Source: Vicinamibacterales bacterium
GTDB taxonomy: Bacteria; Acidobacteriota; Vicinamibacteria; Vicinamibacterales; G965250185
Assembly (NCBI GenBank): GCA_965250185.1
Contig: OZ252293.1
Span: forward strand, 2,247,862 to 2,311,861
Direction: 5' to 3'
Length of the DNA: 64,000 nucleotides
Part shown: positions 46,398-54,980 of the stretch, piece after piece
Layout of the letters: each line of letters starts with the position of its first letter
Position numbering within the stretch: the stretch's first letter is position 1
Notes under the pieces: model-generated
Seen by the model: only the letters and a program-made list of their open reading frames with translations
Told to the model about the DNA's origin: nothing
The model's database searches: none
Made by a program: the position numbers and the translations under genes

Positions 46398-46618
46398 TCC
46401 GTTCAAGGTTCAATTGTTCAAGCGTTTCAAGAGTTCGAGGTGGCCGGTGGGGAAGAATGGCGGGCATCTTCTATTATTCGGGGGTAAAATCAAAGAAGAG
46501 GCGATGCCAGCGCCTGAGCACCCGAGGGTTCGACGGCCAGAGGGTAAGTGAAGTTGCGCGAGCGACTGCGAGCGCCTCCGCGAACCCTTGAACCGTTGAA
46601 CCCTTGAACTTTTGAACG
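46398..46618 (+). repeat. heptamer-arm element: (GTTCAAG)n arm, 141-nt centre, (CTTGAAC)n arm
   Basis: tccgttcaaggttcaattgttcaagcgtttcaagagttcgagg ... gaacccttgaaccgttgaacccttgaacttttgaacg. Confidence 0.9.
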
Positions 46619-46634
46619 ACATTCAGGAGCCCCC

Positions 46635-47246
46635 ATGGATCTTGCCACGCAGCTCATGTTGGGAATCGGACTGGCGGCCTGTGCCGGTCTGCGGGCCTGG
46701 CTGCCGCTGCTGCTCGTGAGCGTGATGGCCAAGGGAGGCTATCTGACGCTCGGCGGCAACTTCGAGTTCCTCGCGCGAGAGGACACCATCGTGATCCTCG
46801 CCATCGCGACCGTGCTCGAGGTACTGGGAGACAAGCTGGTCGGCGTTGACCATATACTCGACGCCATAGGGACAATCGCGCGTCCGGCCGTCGGGGCCCT
46901 CATGGCATCGGCCGTGCTCATCGACCTGGATCCGCTTGCCGCGGCAATCCTGGGTCTCATTGCCGGTGGGGCCTCCTCGATGCTCGTCCACTCCGGTAAG
47001 TCGATTGTTCGAGCGAAGACGACCGCACTGGTTCCAGTCCATGGCGGGGTCGGAAACGCGATGGTCTCGACCGCGGAAGACGTGACCTCGGGCGTGGGGG
47101 CCTGGATGATCCTCTCGGACCCGACGCTGGCGTTCGCGGTCGTCGCCCTCGCCCTCATCGGTGCGGCGTGGGTCGTGGCCAAGGCGGCGCGTGCCGTGCG
47201 CCGCGCGACGACCGTCCTGCGGAAACCGGCAGCGTCGGACGCGTAA
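46635..47246 (+). CDS. DUF4126 family membrane protein
   Basis: GLAACAGLRAWLPLLLVS, EVLGDKLVGVDHILD. AGGAG upstream of the ATG. Confidence 0.8.
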   Translation: MDLATQLMLGIGLAACAGLRAWLPLLLVSVMAKGGYLTLGGNFEFLAREDTIVILAIATVLEVLGDKLVGVDHILDAIGTIARPAVGALMASAVLIDLDPLAAAILGLIAGGASSMLVHSGKSIVRAKTTALVPVHGGVGNAMVSTAEDVTSGVGAWMILSDPTLAFAVVALALIGAAWVVAKAARAVRRATTVLRKPAASDA

Positions 47247-47413
47247 CGAGTAGGGCAAGGAGGGCTAGGAGGGCGAGTAGGGCAAGTGGGGAGAGTGAAC
47301 CCGCGTGTCACGGTGCCGCCCCACTCGCCCCACTCGCCCCACTCGTCGCCCTTGCCCTACTCGCCCCACTCGCCCCACTCGTCGCCCTTGCCCTACTCGC
47401 CCTCCTAGCCCCA
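47247..47413 (+). repeat. nonamer-arm/core element, copy 3
   Basis: cgagtagggcaaggagggctaggagggcgagtagggcaagt + core ggggagagtgaacccgcgtgtcacggtgccg + 10 CCCCACTCG-like units. Fills the whole spacer between two convergent stops. Confidence 0.9.
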
Positions 47414-47415
47414 CA

Positions 47416-48399
47416 TCAATCGATCGCGACCGGGCAGGTCATGCAGTGGGCGCCGCCGTTTCCGATGAACAGCTCCTCGGACGGGAACGTGTCGACCGTC
47501 CATCCGTGCCGTGCGAGTTCCGTGCGTAGGCGTTCCGCCTGATCGAAGCCGATCGCCTGACGCCCCCGGCGCGTCACGACCATGTTGAGGTGTCCTCCTC
47601 GCCACACCTCGTCAGTGATCGGAATACATCGAATCGCCCGCTCGTCGAGAAACTCGCGGAACATCACGTGGCGAGGCTCCGGCCGTCCAGCCTCGTAGAG
47701 GCGGCACGGGAACACCGACACGCTCGGCTCGTGAATCAGGCACAGGTCGGCGTCCATGACCATGAACAAGCCGTCGATGTGGATGTGGCCGTAGGGGAGC
47801 GGGACTTCGAGGAAGCCCGACACGTCGTGGCCGAGCACGATCTGCCTGAGTGCGCGGGTGCCTGCCTCGTTCGCCCGATCGCACAAGCTGGCCACTGCGA
47901 CGTCGTCGCCCACGATCGTGACGCCACCGCCCTCGAGGAAGCCGGGTGGCTCGATCGCGCCGATGATCGGGATGCCGAGGCGACGGAACGCACGCGCCAT
48001 CATCGCCTGGTCTCCCCAGCGACCTCGCAAATGCGGGCCCATCAGCACGGCGCCGCGGCGAAACACGGCCGCGAGGTCCCGCGTATAGGTCATGTTGGGG
48101 CGGTGAGCGATGTACCCGAGCGCATCCTGGTCGTCCGACAGCACGTCCGTGAGTAGAAGCGTCTCGACGCCGTGCCGCTGGAACAGCCCGAGCATGGCAT
48201 CGTAGTCCGCGATGAATCGGGTACGGTCCACCGGCCGATCGAAGTTGAACTCGCGCAGCGTCGCCGGCGTCACCACGTCGAGCTCGACACCTGGCCGGTG
48301 CATCAGCACACGACGGAGATCGCCGAAGCGGCTCGAGGTGCCAAAGCTCGCCATGCTGTCAGGACGGCGGGGGCCGGCGGTCATCGAATCGGACGCCAC
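47416..48399 (-). CDS. guanidino-group-modifying enzyme (DDAH / arginine-deiminase-like amidinotransferase fold)
   Basis: C-terminal catalytic-Cys motif GNGGAHCMTCP, plus HIDGLFMVMD. Confidence 0.8.
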   Translation of the reverse strand: MASDSMTAGPRRPDSMASFGTSSRFGDLRRVLMHRPGVELDVVTPATLREFNFDRPVDRTRFIADYDAMLGLFQRHGVETLLLTDVLSDDQDALGYIAHRPNMTYTRDLAAVFRRGAVLMGPHLRGRWGDQAMMARAFRRLGIPIIGAIEPPGFLEGGGVTIVGDDVAVASLCDRANEAGTRALRQIVLGHDVSGFLEVPLPYGHIHIDGLFMVMDADLCLIHEPSVSVFPCRLYEAGRPEPRHVMFREFLDERAIRCIPITDEVWRGGHLNMVVTRRGRQAIGFDQAERLRTELARHGWTVDTFPSEELFIGNGGAHCMTCPVAID

Positions 48400-48408
48400 G
48401 CGGCCCGG

Positions 48409-49770
48409 TCATTCGCGTGCATCGCGCCGGCCGATCAAGAAATACACAGGAATGCCAGTAGCCGTCAACGCGAGCCCGATCAGTGTGTCGCCAGGCTGAT
48501 AGGCAATTGCGCTGATCAGGAAGAACGCCAGCACGCCGATGTAGACGAGGGGCAAGATGGGATACCCGGGTGTCCTGTAGTGGTCGGGGCTGGCCAGCGT
48601 CCGGGGCCGGAGCTTGAACACCGAAGCCACCATCAGGATGTTCGACATGTGCATGGGCACGACGAAGAAGTTGACGAGGCGTGAGAAGGATCCAAAGAAG
48701 AGCAGCGCCATCACGGAGACGACCGAGCATGTCGCGATCGCCCCGATCGGAACGGCCGTGCGCGGAGAGACGCGCGCCAGGATCGTGAAGAAGCCCCGCA
48801 GCCACGGCTGGCGGGCCGCGTCTCGATAGCGCTCGCCGGTGGCGTAGTAGAAGCGAGGCAGGGCCATGACGAGGCCGCCGAGGCCTCCGAAGATCGAGAT
48901 CATGATCAGCGCGTTCAACAGGTCGCCGCCCGTCTCCCCGAATGCCGCCGTCGCCACGCTCGCCGCGATCGTCGTTGGCGCCTCGCGCATCTGCTCGAGC
49001 GGAACCACCCGAAGGAACGCGTAATTGACCATCAGGTACACGACGATGATGCCGCCAACCCCGAAGCCGAGTCCGCGCGGCAGGTTTCGCTTTGGCTGCT
49101 CGACTTCGCCAGCCACGTGCGAGATGTCGGCCCATCCGTCGTAGGTGAACAGTACAGCTGCCACGCCCAGGCCGACGAGCCGGATGAAGCCGAGCAGGCT
49201 GGCCTCGCTGCCCGCGGATCCGACTCCTGGTGCCGCCGGCTCCGCGAAGAACAGGGCACCCATCACCAACCCGAGAATTCCGACGATCTTGACGCTCGTC
49301 AGCGCGACCTGGGTCCGGCCCCCCCAGCGGACGCCGGCAAGGTTCACGATCCCGAAGAACACGATCGCGAGCGTGCCCCACGCCGCGGGCGGCCACGTCG
49401 AGGCGCTCCCGAGAAACAGCGCGGCGAACTCGCCGAAGACGATGGCGACACCGGCCACCGAGCCGGGTCCGCTCACCCAGATCTCCATCCAGACCTTGAG
49501 GAAAGCCCAGAACGCTCCGAAGCCCTCGTGGATGATGTGGATCGACGCGCCCGATCGGGGCAGCAGGCTCCCGAGCTCGGCGAGCGTGAGCGCGCCACAG
49601 AGTGTGATGCCGCCGCACAGCGCCCAGAAGAAGTAGACCTGCCAGTTCGCCTGGGCGACCGCTGCCAGCTCGCCCGGGGTGAAGAAGATTCCGGACCCGA
49701 GCATGTCGCCCGCCACCAGGGCTGCCGCCGCGGCGAACCCGAGCTGACGACGAAGCTGAGGATCGGCCAT
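48409..49770 (-). CDS. APC superfamily amino-acid permease
   Basis: About 12 TM segments. N-terminal AAAALVAGDMLGSGIFFTPG motif. ATG 49770 (MADPQLRR). Confidence 0.9.
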   Translation of the reverse strand: MADPQLRRQLGFAAAAALVAGDMLGSGIFFTPGELAAVAQANWQVYFFWALCGGITLCGALTLAELGSLLPRSGASIHIIHEGFGAFWAFLKVWMEIWVSGPGSVAGVAIVFGEFAALFLGSASTWPPAAWGTLAIVFFGIVNLAGVRWGGRTQVALTSVKIVGILGLVMGALFFAEPAAPGVGSAGSEASLLGFIRLVGLGVAAVLFTYDGWADISHVAGEVEQPKRNLPRGLGFGVGGIIVVYLMVNYAFLRVVPLEQMREAPTTIAASVATAAFGETGGDLLNALIMISIFGGLGGLVMALPRFYYATGERYRDAARQPWLRGFFTILARVSPRTAVPIGAIATCSVVSVMALLFFGSFSRLVNFFVVPMHMSNILMVASVFKLRPRTLASPDHYRTPGYPILPLVYIGVLAFFLISAIAYQPGDTLIGLALTATGIPVYFLIGRRDARE

Positions 49771-49868
49771 GGCGAGCGCTGCGCAGATGAGTCCCGGTGG
49801 CCGCAGCATACCACGGCCGTGGGGCTCTTCTGGTGGCCGAGCCGGACGCGCACGTCTATAATCGTGGC

Positions 49869-50462
49869 GTGCAGAGCGCACTGGGTATCAGGCCCGCAGT
49901 GGTCGTGCTGTTGCTCACGCTCGGCGGGTCCGCGGGCATCGCTGACGAGGCCGGCGGTCAGCAGGCATTGGAGAATCTGTCGGGTGAGGTCGTGGATCCG
50001 TGGGCGGCGGAGTCTGCCCGCGCCGTGGTCTTCATCTTCACCGGCACCCAGTGCCCGATCTCGAATCGATACGCACCGGAGGTTCGCAGGATTCACGAGA
50101 CCTTCTCGGCCCGGGGAATACGCTTCTGGCTGGTCTATCCGGACGCACGCGATTCGGCCGAGATGATTCGTACGCACCTGGACGCGTACGGCCACCCCAT
50201 GCCCGGGCTGCGTGACCCTGGCCAGTCGCTCGTGCAGATGACCGGGGCGACCGTCACTCCTGAGACCGTGGTGTTCAGTCCGGATCGCGAGTTGCTGTAT
50301 CGAGGCCGGATCGACAACCGCTACGTCGCTTTCGGCAAGGTGCGACGTCGACCGACCACCCGTGATTTGGATGCCGCGCTCGAGGACATCCTGGCTGGCC
50401 GGCCCGTGGCGGAGCCTCGGACCCAGGCGATCGGCTGCTACATTCCGTCGGTCGACCGGTGA
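49869..50462 (+). CDS. thioredoxin-fold (redoxin-like) protein, secreted
   Basis: VVFIFTGTQCPISNRY single-Cys active-site region. Signal-like VQSALGIRPAVVVLLLTLGGSAG from GTG 49869. Confidence 0.7.
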   Translation: MQSALGIRPAVVVLLLTLGGSAGIADEAGGQQALENLSGEVVDPWAAESARAVVFIFTGTQCPISNRYAPEVRRIHETFSARGIRFWLVYPDARDSAEMIRTHLDAYGHPMPGLRDPGQSLVQMTGATVTPETVVFSPDRELLYRGRIDNRYVAFGKVRRRPTTRDLDAALEDILAGRPVAEPRTQAIGCYIPSVDR

Positions 50463-50490
50463 CGCCGCCCGGCCGCGACGAGGAGCGACG

Positions 50491-50844
50491 ATGGAGTTGA
50501 CACCGATGGGCAGCCTCGAGGAGCTCGAGGCGGCGATCGAAGAGTCCCGGACGCGACCCGTCCTGCTGTTCAAGCACAGCGATACCTGCGGCATCAGTGC
50601 CATGGCGTTCGACGAGATGCGGTCGCACCTGGCGGAACGACCGTTTCCGGTGTGCTACGGCCTCGTCACCGTGCAGACCAATCGAGACGTGTCAAACGCG
50701 ATCGTGAGTCGATTGAGCGTTCGGCACGAAACCCCGCAGGTCATTCTGGTACGCGACGGCGAGGCGGTCTGGCAGGCGTCGCACTTCCACGTGACCGCCA
50801 AGGAGATCGAGGCCGCATTGCTCGAGCACGTGCCGTCGGCCTGA
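50491..50844 (+). CDS. YtxJ-like monothiol redox protein (DUF2847)
   Basis: VLLFKHSDTCGISAMA (YtxJ TCPIS-type motif), RDVSNAI, RHETPQVILV..G..VW.ASH. AGGAG upstream of ATG 50491. Confidence 0.75.
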   Translation: MELTPMGSLEELEAAIEESRTRPVLLFKHSDTCGISAMAFDEMRSHLAERPFPVCYGLVTVQTNRDVSNAIVSRLSVRHETPQVILVRDGEAVWQASHFHVTAKEIEAALLEHVPSA

Positions 50845-50916
50845 CGACGCGTCGGTCGTCCCTCGTCGCATTCCGCGCCTGATTCATCGTCAATCGTCAA
50901 GCTACTGACAACTGCA

Positions 50917-52443
50917 GTGCCCTGGAGCGTTCTCGACATCTTTGCCTTCGTCGCCTTCCTCGTCACCGTGGTGGCGGTGTCGCTGTACGCCTCTCGGAAA
51001 GAGGAGAGCGGCGAGGACTACTTCCTGGCCGGTCGGGGTCTGAGTTGGTGGCTCATCGGCTTCTCGCTCATTGCGTCCAACATCTCGACGGAGCACTTCG
51101 TCGGGATGGCGGGTTCGGGCTTCGGCGCGATCGGTCTGGCCGTCGCCAGCTACGAGTGGGTGGCGGCCGTCACGCTGGTGGGGGTGGCGCTCGTCTTCCT
51201 GCCGGTGTTCCTGCGCCTCGGCATCTACACCATGCCGGAATTTCTGGAGCACCGGTACGGACCGGTGCCCCGGACGATCATGGCGGTCTACATGATGGTC
51301 GCCTACGTCGCGGTGGCGATCGCGGCCGTGCTCTATTCGGGGGCGATTGGTTTGCAGGCGATCTTCGGCCTCGACCTCTTCCTCGGCATCTGGCTCATCG
51401 GGTTGATCGCCGGCGCCTACACGATCTACGGGGGGCTCAAGGCTGTCGTGTGGTCCGATCTGATGCAGGGGTCGGCGCTCCTCGTGGGAGGCGCGATCGT
51501 GACGGGCATCGCGCTCACCCGGGTCGGCGGCTTGGGCGCGTTTCTCGCGCAGAATCGCGACAAGCTCCACATGGTCTTGCCGGCGGATCATCCCGATCTG
51601 CCCTGGACCGCCCTGCTGTTGGGGATCTGGATCCCGAACATCTTCTACTGGGGCTTCAATCAGTTCATCACGCAGCGGACGCTGGCGGCGCGCAGCCTGG
51701 CGGCCGGTCAACGTGGCATCATGTTCGCCGCGCTGTTGAAGCTCGTGATCCCATTCATCATCGTCTTTCCAGGCATCATGGCGTTCCAGCTCTACGCTGA
51801 ACAGATCACCAATGGTGACCAGGCGTACCCCATCCTGATCCGCAACGTGGTGCCGGTCGGGCTGCGCGGCCTGATGTTCGCGGCGCTGTTCGGCGCAGTG
51901 ATGAGTAGCCTCGACTCGATGCTCAACTCCGCTTCGACGATCTTCACCATCGACATCTACCGGCGGTTCGTGGCGCGCGCCGCCGCGCCGCGCGATCTCG
52001 TCCGTGTCGGTCGGTTGAGCACGGCCGCCTTCGTCCTGATCGGATGTCTCATGGCGCCCCTGCCGGCGAATTTCGAGGGCGTCTTCGAGTACATCCAGAT
52101 GATCTGGGGCTTCATTTCGCCGTCCGTCGTCGCGGTGTTCGTGTTCGGTCTCGTTGTCAAACGCGCACCGACGAGCGCGGCGACGGCCGCGCTCCTGCTC
52201 GGCGTCCCGATCTACGGGCTCTTGCTGTGGGGATTGCCGGGGGTGGCGTTCCTGAATCACATGGCCGTGACGTTTTGTGTCCTGGTGACGATCATGGCGG
52301 CTATCACCGTCGTCGCGCCACTTGCGGAACCATGCACATTCGAGCGGCGCAGCGATGTCGACCTGACGCCAGATCCCCTGGCGACCTCACTCGGCGCCGT
52401 CGTCGTGGTGGTGACGCTGGTGCTGTACGTGGTGTTCTGGTGA
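50917..52443 (+). CDS. sodium:solute symporter (SSF family)
   Basis: GEDYFLAGRGLSWW, polytopic, SSF-typical pattern throughout. Confidence 0.9.
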   Translation: MPWSVLDIFAFVAFLVTVVAVSLYASRKEESGEDYFLAGRGLSWWLIGFSLIASNISTEHFVGMAGSGFGAIGLAVASYEWVAAVTLVGVALVFLPVFLRLGIYTMPEFLEHRYGPVPRTIMAVYMMVAYVAVAIAAVLYSGAIGLQAIFGLDLFLGIWLIGLIAGAYTIYGGLKAVVWSDLMQGSALLVGGAIVTGIALTRVGGLGAFLAQNRDKLHMVLPADHPDLPWTALLLGIWIPNIFYWGFNQFITQRTLAARSLAAGQRGIMFAALLKLVIPFIIVFPGIMAFQLYAEQITNGDQAYPILIRNVVPVGLRGLMFAALFGAVMSSLDSMLNSASTIFTIDIYRRFVARAAAPRDLVRVGRLSTAAFVLIGCLMAPLPANFEGVFEYIQMIWGFISPSVVAVFVFGLVVKRAPTSAATAALLLGVPIYGLLLWGLPGVAFLNHMAVTFCVLVTIMAAITVVAPLAEPCTFERRSDVDLTPDPLATSLGAVVVVVTLVLYVVFW

Positions 52444-54266
52444 TGCGCCCGGTCACGTCGATCAGCGACGGCGGGACGGACCCGGCGCGAGCCGCCTGGC
52501 AGACGCTGGCGTATGTCGTGCTGCTGGTGACGTTGATTCTCGGATCCGCCCCGCGCGAGGAGGGCGATTCCCACGAGTACGTCGCGATGGCGCTCCAGAT
52601 GGCCAGCATGGAGGGACCGGCGCTGACACCGCCAGAGATCGACTCGATTCGAGCGGAGCTGGAGCCGTTCATCACCATCCCGTTCCGGGCGACCGTACCC
52701 GCGAGCGGGTTCTACTACTTCCCACACTTCTGGTTCTACCCGCTCCTCGCCGTTCCTGGCGTTGCGCTCACGCGGGCGCTCGCCCTGCACCCCGTCTACG
52801 GTTTCACGCTGCTGAATCTGGTGCTCCTCGGTGGGGCCGCCTGGGTGCTGTTCCGGCGGCAGCACTGGACCGTCGCGCTGCTGGTGCTCGTCAGCCCGAT
52901 TGTGTGGTGGATCGACAAGGCGCACACGGAGGTGTTCACGTTCTCGCTGCTCGCGATCGCGATGACGCTGGCATCGGCTCGGCCAGGCATCGCGATGATC
53001 TGCGCGGGTGCCGCCGCGACACAGAACCCGCCGATTGCATTGGCGATTCCGCTCATTGCGCTGGCAGCCACGCGCGGGCAGTGGCGACGGCTGGGGGACC
53101 GAACCGTCTGGGGTGGCGCGGCCATCGGGATGCTCCTGGCGTTTCTGCACCCCCTGTACTACATCCTGACCATCGGCAGCCCGACGGCGCTCGGTACGCG
53201 CGGCGTACTTCCGAGCGCCCAGGAGCTCGGGGCGGTACTCTGGGACCCGAACCTCGGCCTGCTCGTGGCCTTCCCGCTCTTCGTGCTGGTGGTCGTCACG
53301 GTCGTCATCGCCCTCCTGATCAGGGAGCCGATGCGGCTGGGCGAACCCGTGGTGCTCCTGTCGCTCGGCCTGGCGGCCCTGTTCCTCCTGGCGTTCTCGC
53401 AGGCGCCGAACATCAATTCGGGCGCCACGCTGAGCATGTCCCGGTACGGTCTCTGGCTCATCCCGCTCGCGATTCCTGTGCTTGGCCATGCGCATGCCGT
53501 GTTCGGCCTCCGGCTGGTACGATGGGCGGGCGTCGTCGCCATCGTGTCGGCAGTGTCCTCGGTCGCGATCTTTCGACCGAGTGTCTTTTCTCGGTACCTG
53601 CAGCCGACCGCGGCCGCCGAGTGGCTGTGGACCCGGTTTCCGCAGGTCAACAATCCGATCCCCGAGATCTTCGCCGAGCGGGTGGCGCACGGCGAGGCCG
53701 TGACCGCTCCGATCGGGCTGCCGACGTGCGAGAAGGTACTGCTGATCGGCTCCGCCGAGCGCGGTATGTGGCCAGTGCCATGCGCACCGGAGTCGGTCCC
53801 CGACGAGTGTCTCGAGCCTGGGGCCGCCTGCTACGCGAATCGATCCGGCGAGCGATATGCGTTCAAGCCAGTCGATCGTCGGGAGTATCACTTTTTCGAA
53901 CCGTCGAGCGATCGCGTGTGGCCCCGATCGGCCGAACCGACCGTTGGCGCCGTGCTCGAGAACCTTGCCTGGTGGGAGCTCGAGCCGCCGTCGGATCGAG
54001 AACCCAATCCGAGTATGGTGAGGGCCGTGTACGGCGCCGCGGGGACCCGCACCCTGGAGGCGGCCGACCGACTGTTCCTGGTCCTCGCTCGACCCGCCCC
54101 CGGGGCGAGCGTGACGCTGCGCCCTCCGATGGCCCTCGAGGGCGGTGTCATCGACCTGGTCTCGCCCGGTGTCCTGAAGCCGCTGGCGTATCGAGGTGCG
54201 CCTGGCGAAATATGGAACGTCGACATCGACGGCTCGGATGGCCTCGTCATTCTCTTTCTGCAGTGA
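52443..54266 (+). CDS. large polytopic membrane protein (607 aa), unknown function
   Basis: ATG overlaps the symporter stop (TGATG). At least 10 hydrophobic helices then a ~200-aa soluble C-terminal region. No family recognised with confidence. Confidence 0.7.
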   Translation: MRPVTSISDGGTDPARAAWQTLAYVVLLVTLILGSAPREEGDSHEYVAMALQMASMEGPALTPPEIDSIRAELEPFITIPFRATVPASGFYYFPHFWFYPLLAVPGVALTRALALHPVYGFTLLNLVLLGGAAWVLFRRQHWTVALLVLVSPIVWWIDKAHTEVFTFSLLAIAMTLASARPGIAMICAGAAATQNPPIALAIPLIALAATRGQWRRLGDRTVWGGAAIGMLLAFLHPLYYILTIGSPTALGTRGVLPSAQELGAVLWDPNLGLLVAFPLFVLVVVTVVIALLIREPMRLGEPVVLLSLGLAALFLLAFSQAPNINSGATLSMSRYGLWLIPLAIPVLGHAHAVFGLRLVRWAGVVAIVSAVSSVAIFRPSVFSRYLQPTAAAEWLWTRFPQVNNPIPEIFAERVAHGEAVTAPIGLPTCEKVLLIGSAERGMWPVPCAPESVPDECLEPGAACYANRSGERYAFKPVDRREYHFFEPSSDRVWPRSAEPTVGAVLENLAWWELEPPSDREPNPSMVRAVYGAAGTRTLEAADRLFLVLARPAPGASVTLRPPMALEGGVIDLVSPGVLKPLAYRGAPGEIWNVDIDGSDGLVILFLQ

Positions 54267-54310
54267 GCATTTGATCGCTGATCATTGAATCCATCTTCGA
54301 GGAGTTCGAC

Positions 54311-54874
54311 ATGCAACGTGTTCTCGCAATCCTGACGGCCATGGCCCCGGTCATCATGGTCACCATGGTCACCATGGTCACCATGGTCCCCCTCGCCCAG
54401 ACCGTCCCTGACTTCTCCGGCACCTGGACCATCGATCGGGACCGGAGCGACGACCCTCCGCGCATGGGCGGAGGCGGTCGCGGAGGCGGCGGCGGTGGCG
54501 GGCGTCGGGGACCTGGCGCGGGAGGCCCGATGGGCGGATTGATGGAACTCGCCGACACGGTGGTCATCGAGCAGACCGAGATCGAACTGATTCTCCTGAT
54601 GGGAGACCGGCGAGTCGAGCTGCGCCTCGACGGTGCCGAGAGCGCGAACGGTGGACCGCGAGGCGACGTCGTGACCACGTCGCGATGGGAAGGCGTCGCC
54701 CTCTTCACGACCGGTCGCGTCGAGATGTCGACGCCCCGGGGCGAGATGACGATCGAGACGGAAGAGATTCGCTCGCTCAGCGAGGATGGCGTCGCGATGA
54801 CGGTCAAGACGACCGTGAGGACGCCGCGGGGCGAGCGAAGCTTTACGAGGGTCTACGCAAAGACCGTTGAATGA
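54311..54874 (+). CDS. secreted hypothetical protein with Gly/Arg-rich linker
   Basis: Signal MQRVLAILTAMAPVIMVTMVTMVTMVPLAQ, GTWTIDRDRSD, then MGGGGRGGGGGGGRRGPGAGG and a beta-rich C-terminal half. Confidence 0.65.
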   Translation: MQRVLAILTAMAPVIMVTMVTMVTMVPLAQTVPDFSGTWTIDRDRSDDPPRMGGGGRGGGGGGGRRGPGAGGPMGGLMELADTVVIEQTEIELILLMGDRRVELRLDGAESANGGPRGDVVTTSRWEGVALFTTGRVEMSTPRGEMTIETEEIRSLSEDGVAMTVKTTVRTPRGERSFTRVYAKTVE

Positions 54875-54980
54875 CGTGCGCGATGAGTCCTCGAGCTCGT
54901 GGTTTCCTCCAACCCCCAAACGCTCTTCTGATATCATGTTCGTTTGGTTCACCGGCCATCATTCTCGAAGGAGCTGATCC

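Noticed and set aside
45029-46467. ORFs with tripeptide repeats (GASGASGAS, LAPLAPLAP, PTRPTRPTR, GRVGRVGRV), e.g. 45029..45577(-), 45345..45602(+), 45377..45625(+), 45301..46467(-).
   Set aside because: They are translations of the 9-nt repeat array in all frames. The 388-aa minus ORF is otherwise antisense to the PfkB kinase gene. None has a start context or a non-repeat domain.
44425-47413. Whether the repeat arrays are CRISPR arrays.
   Set aside because: Units are 7-13 nt and directly abutting, with no unique 25-40-nt spacers and no 24-48-nt conserved repeat. No cas genes are in the window.
50902-53891. Long minus-strand ORFs (452 aa and 544 aa) rich in His/Asp/Arg/Glu, opposite the symporter and the 607-aa membrane protein.
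   Set aside because: These are shadow ORFs antisense to clearly recognisable hydrophobic transporters. Their composition (RDR, HRD, EER runs) is the complement of Leu/Val/Ala-rich membrane segments.
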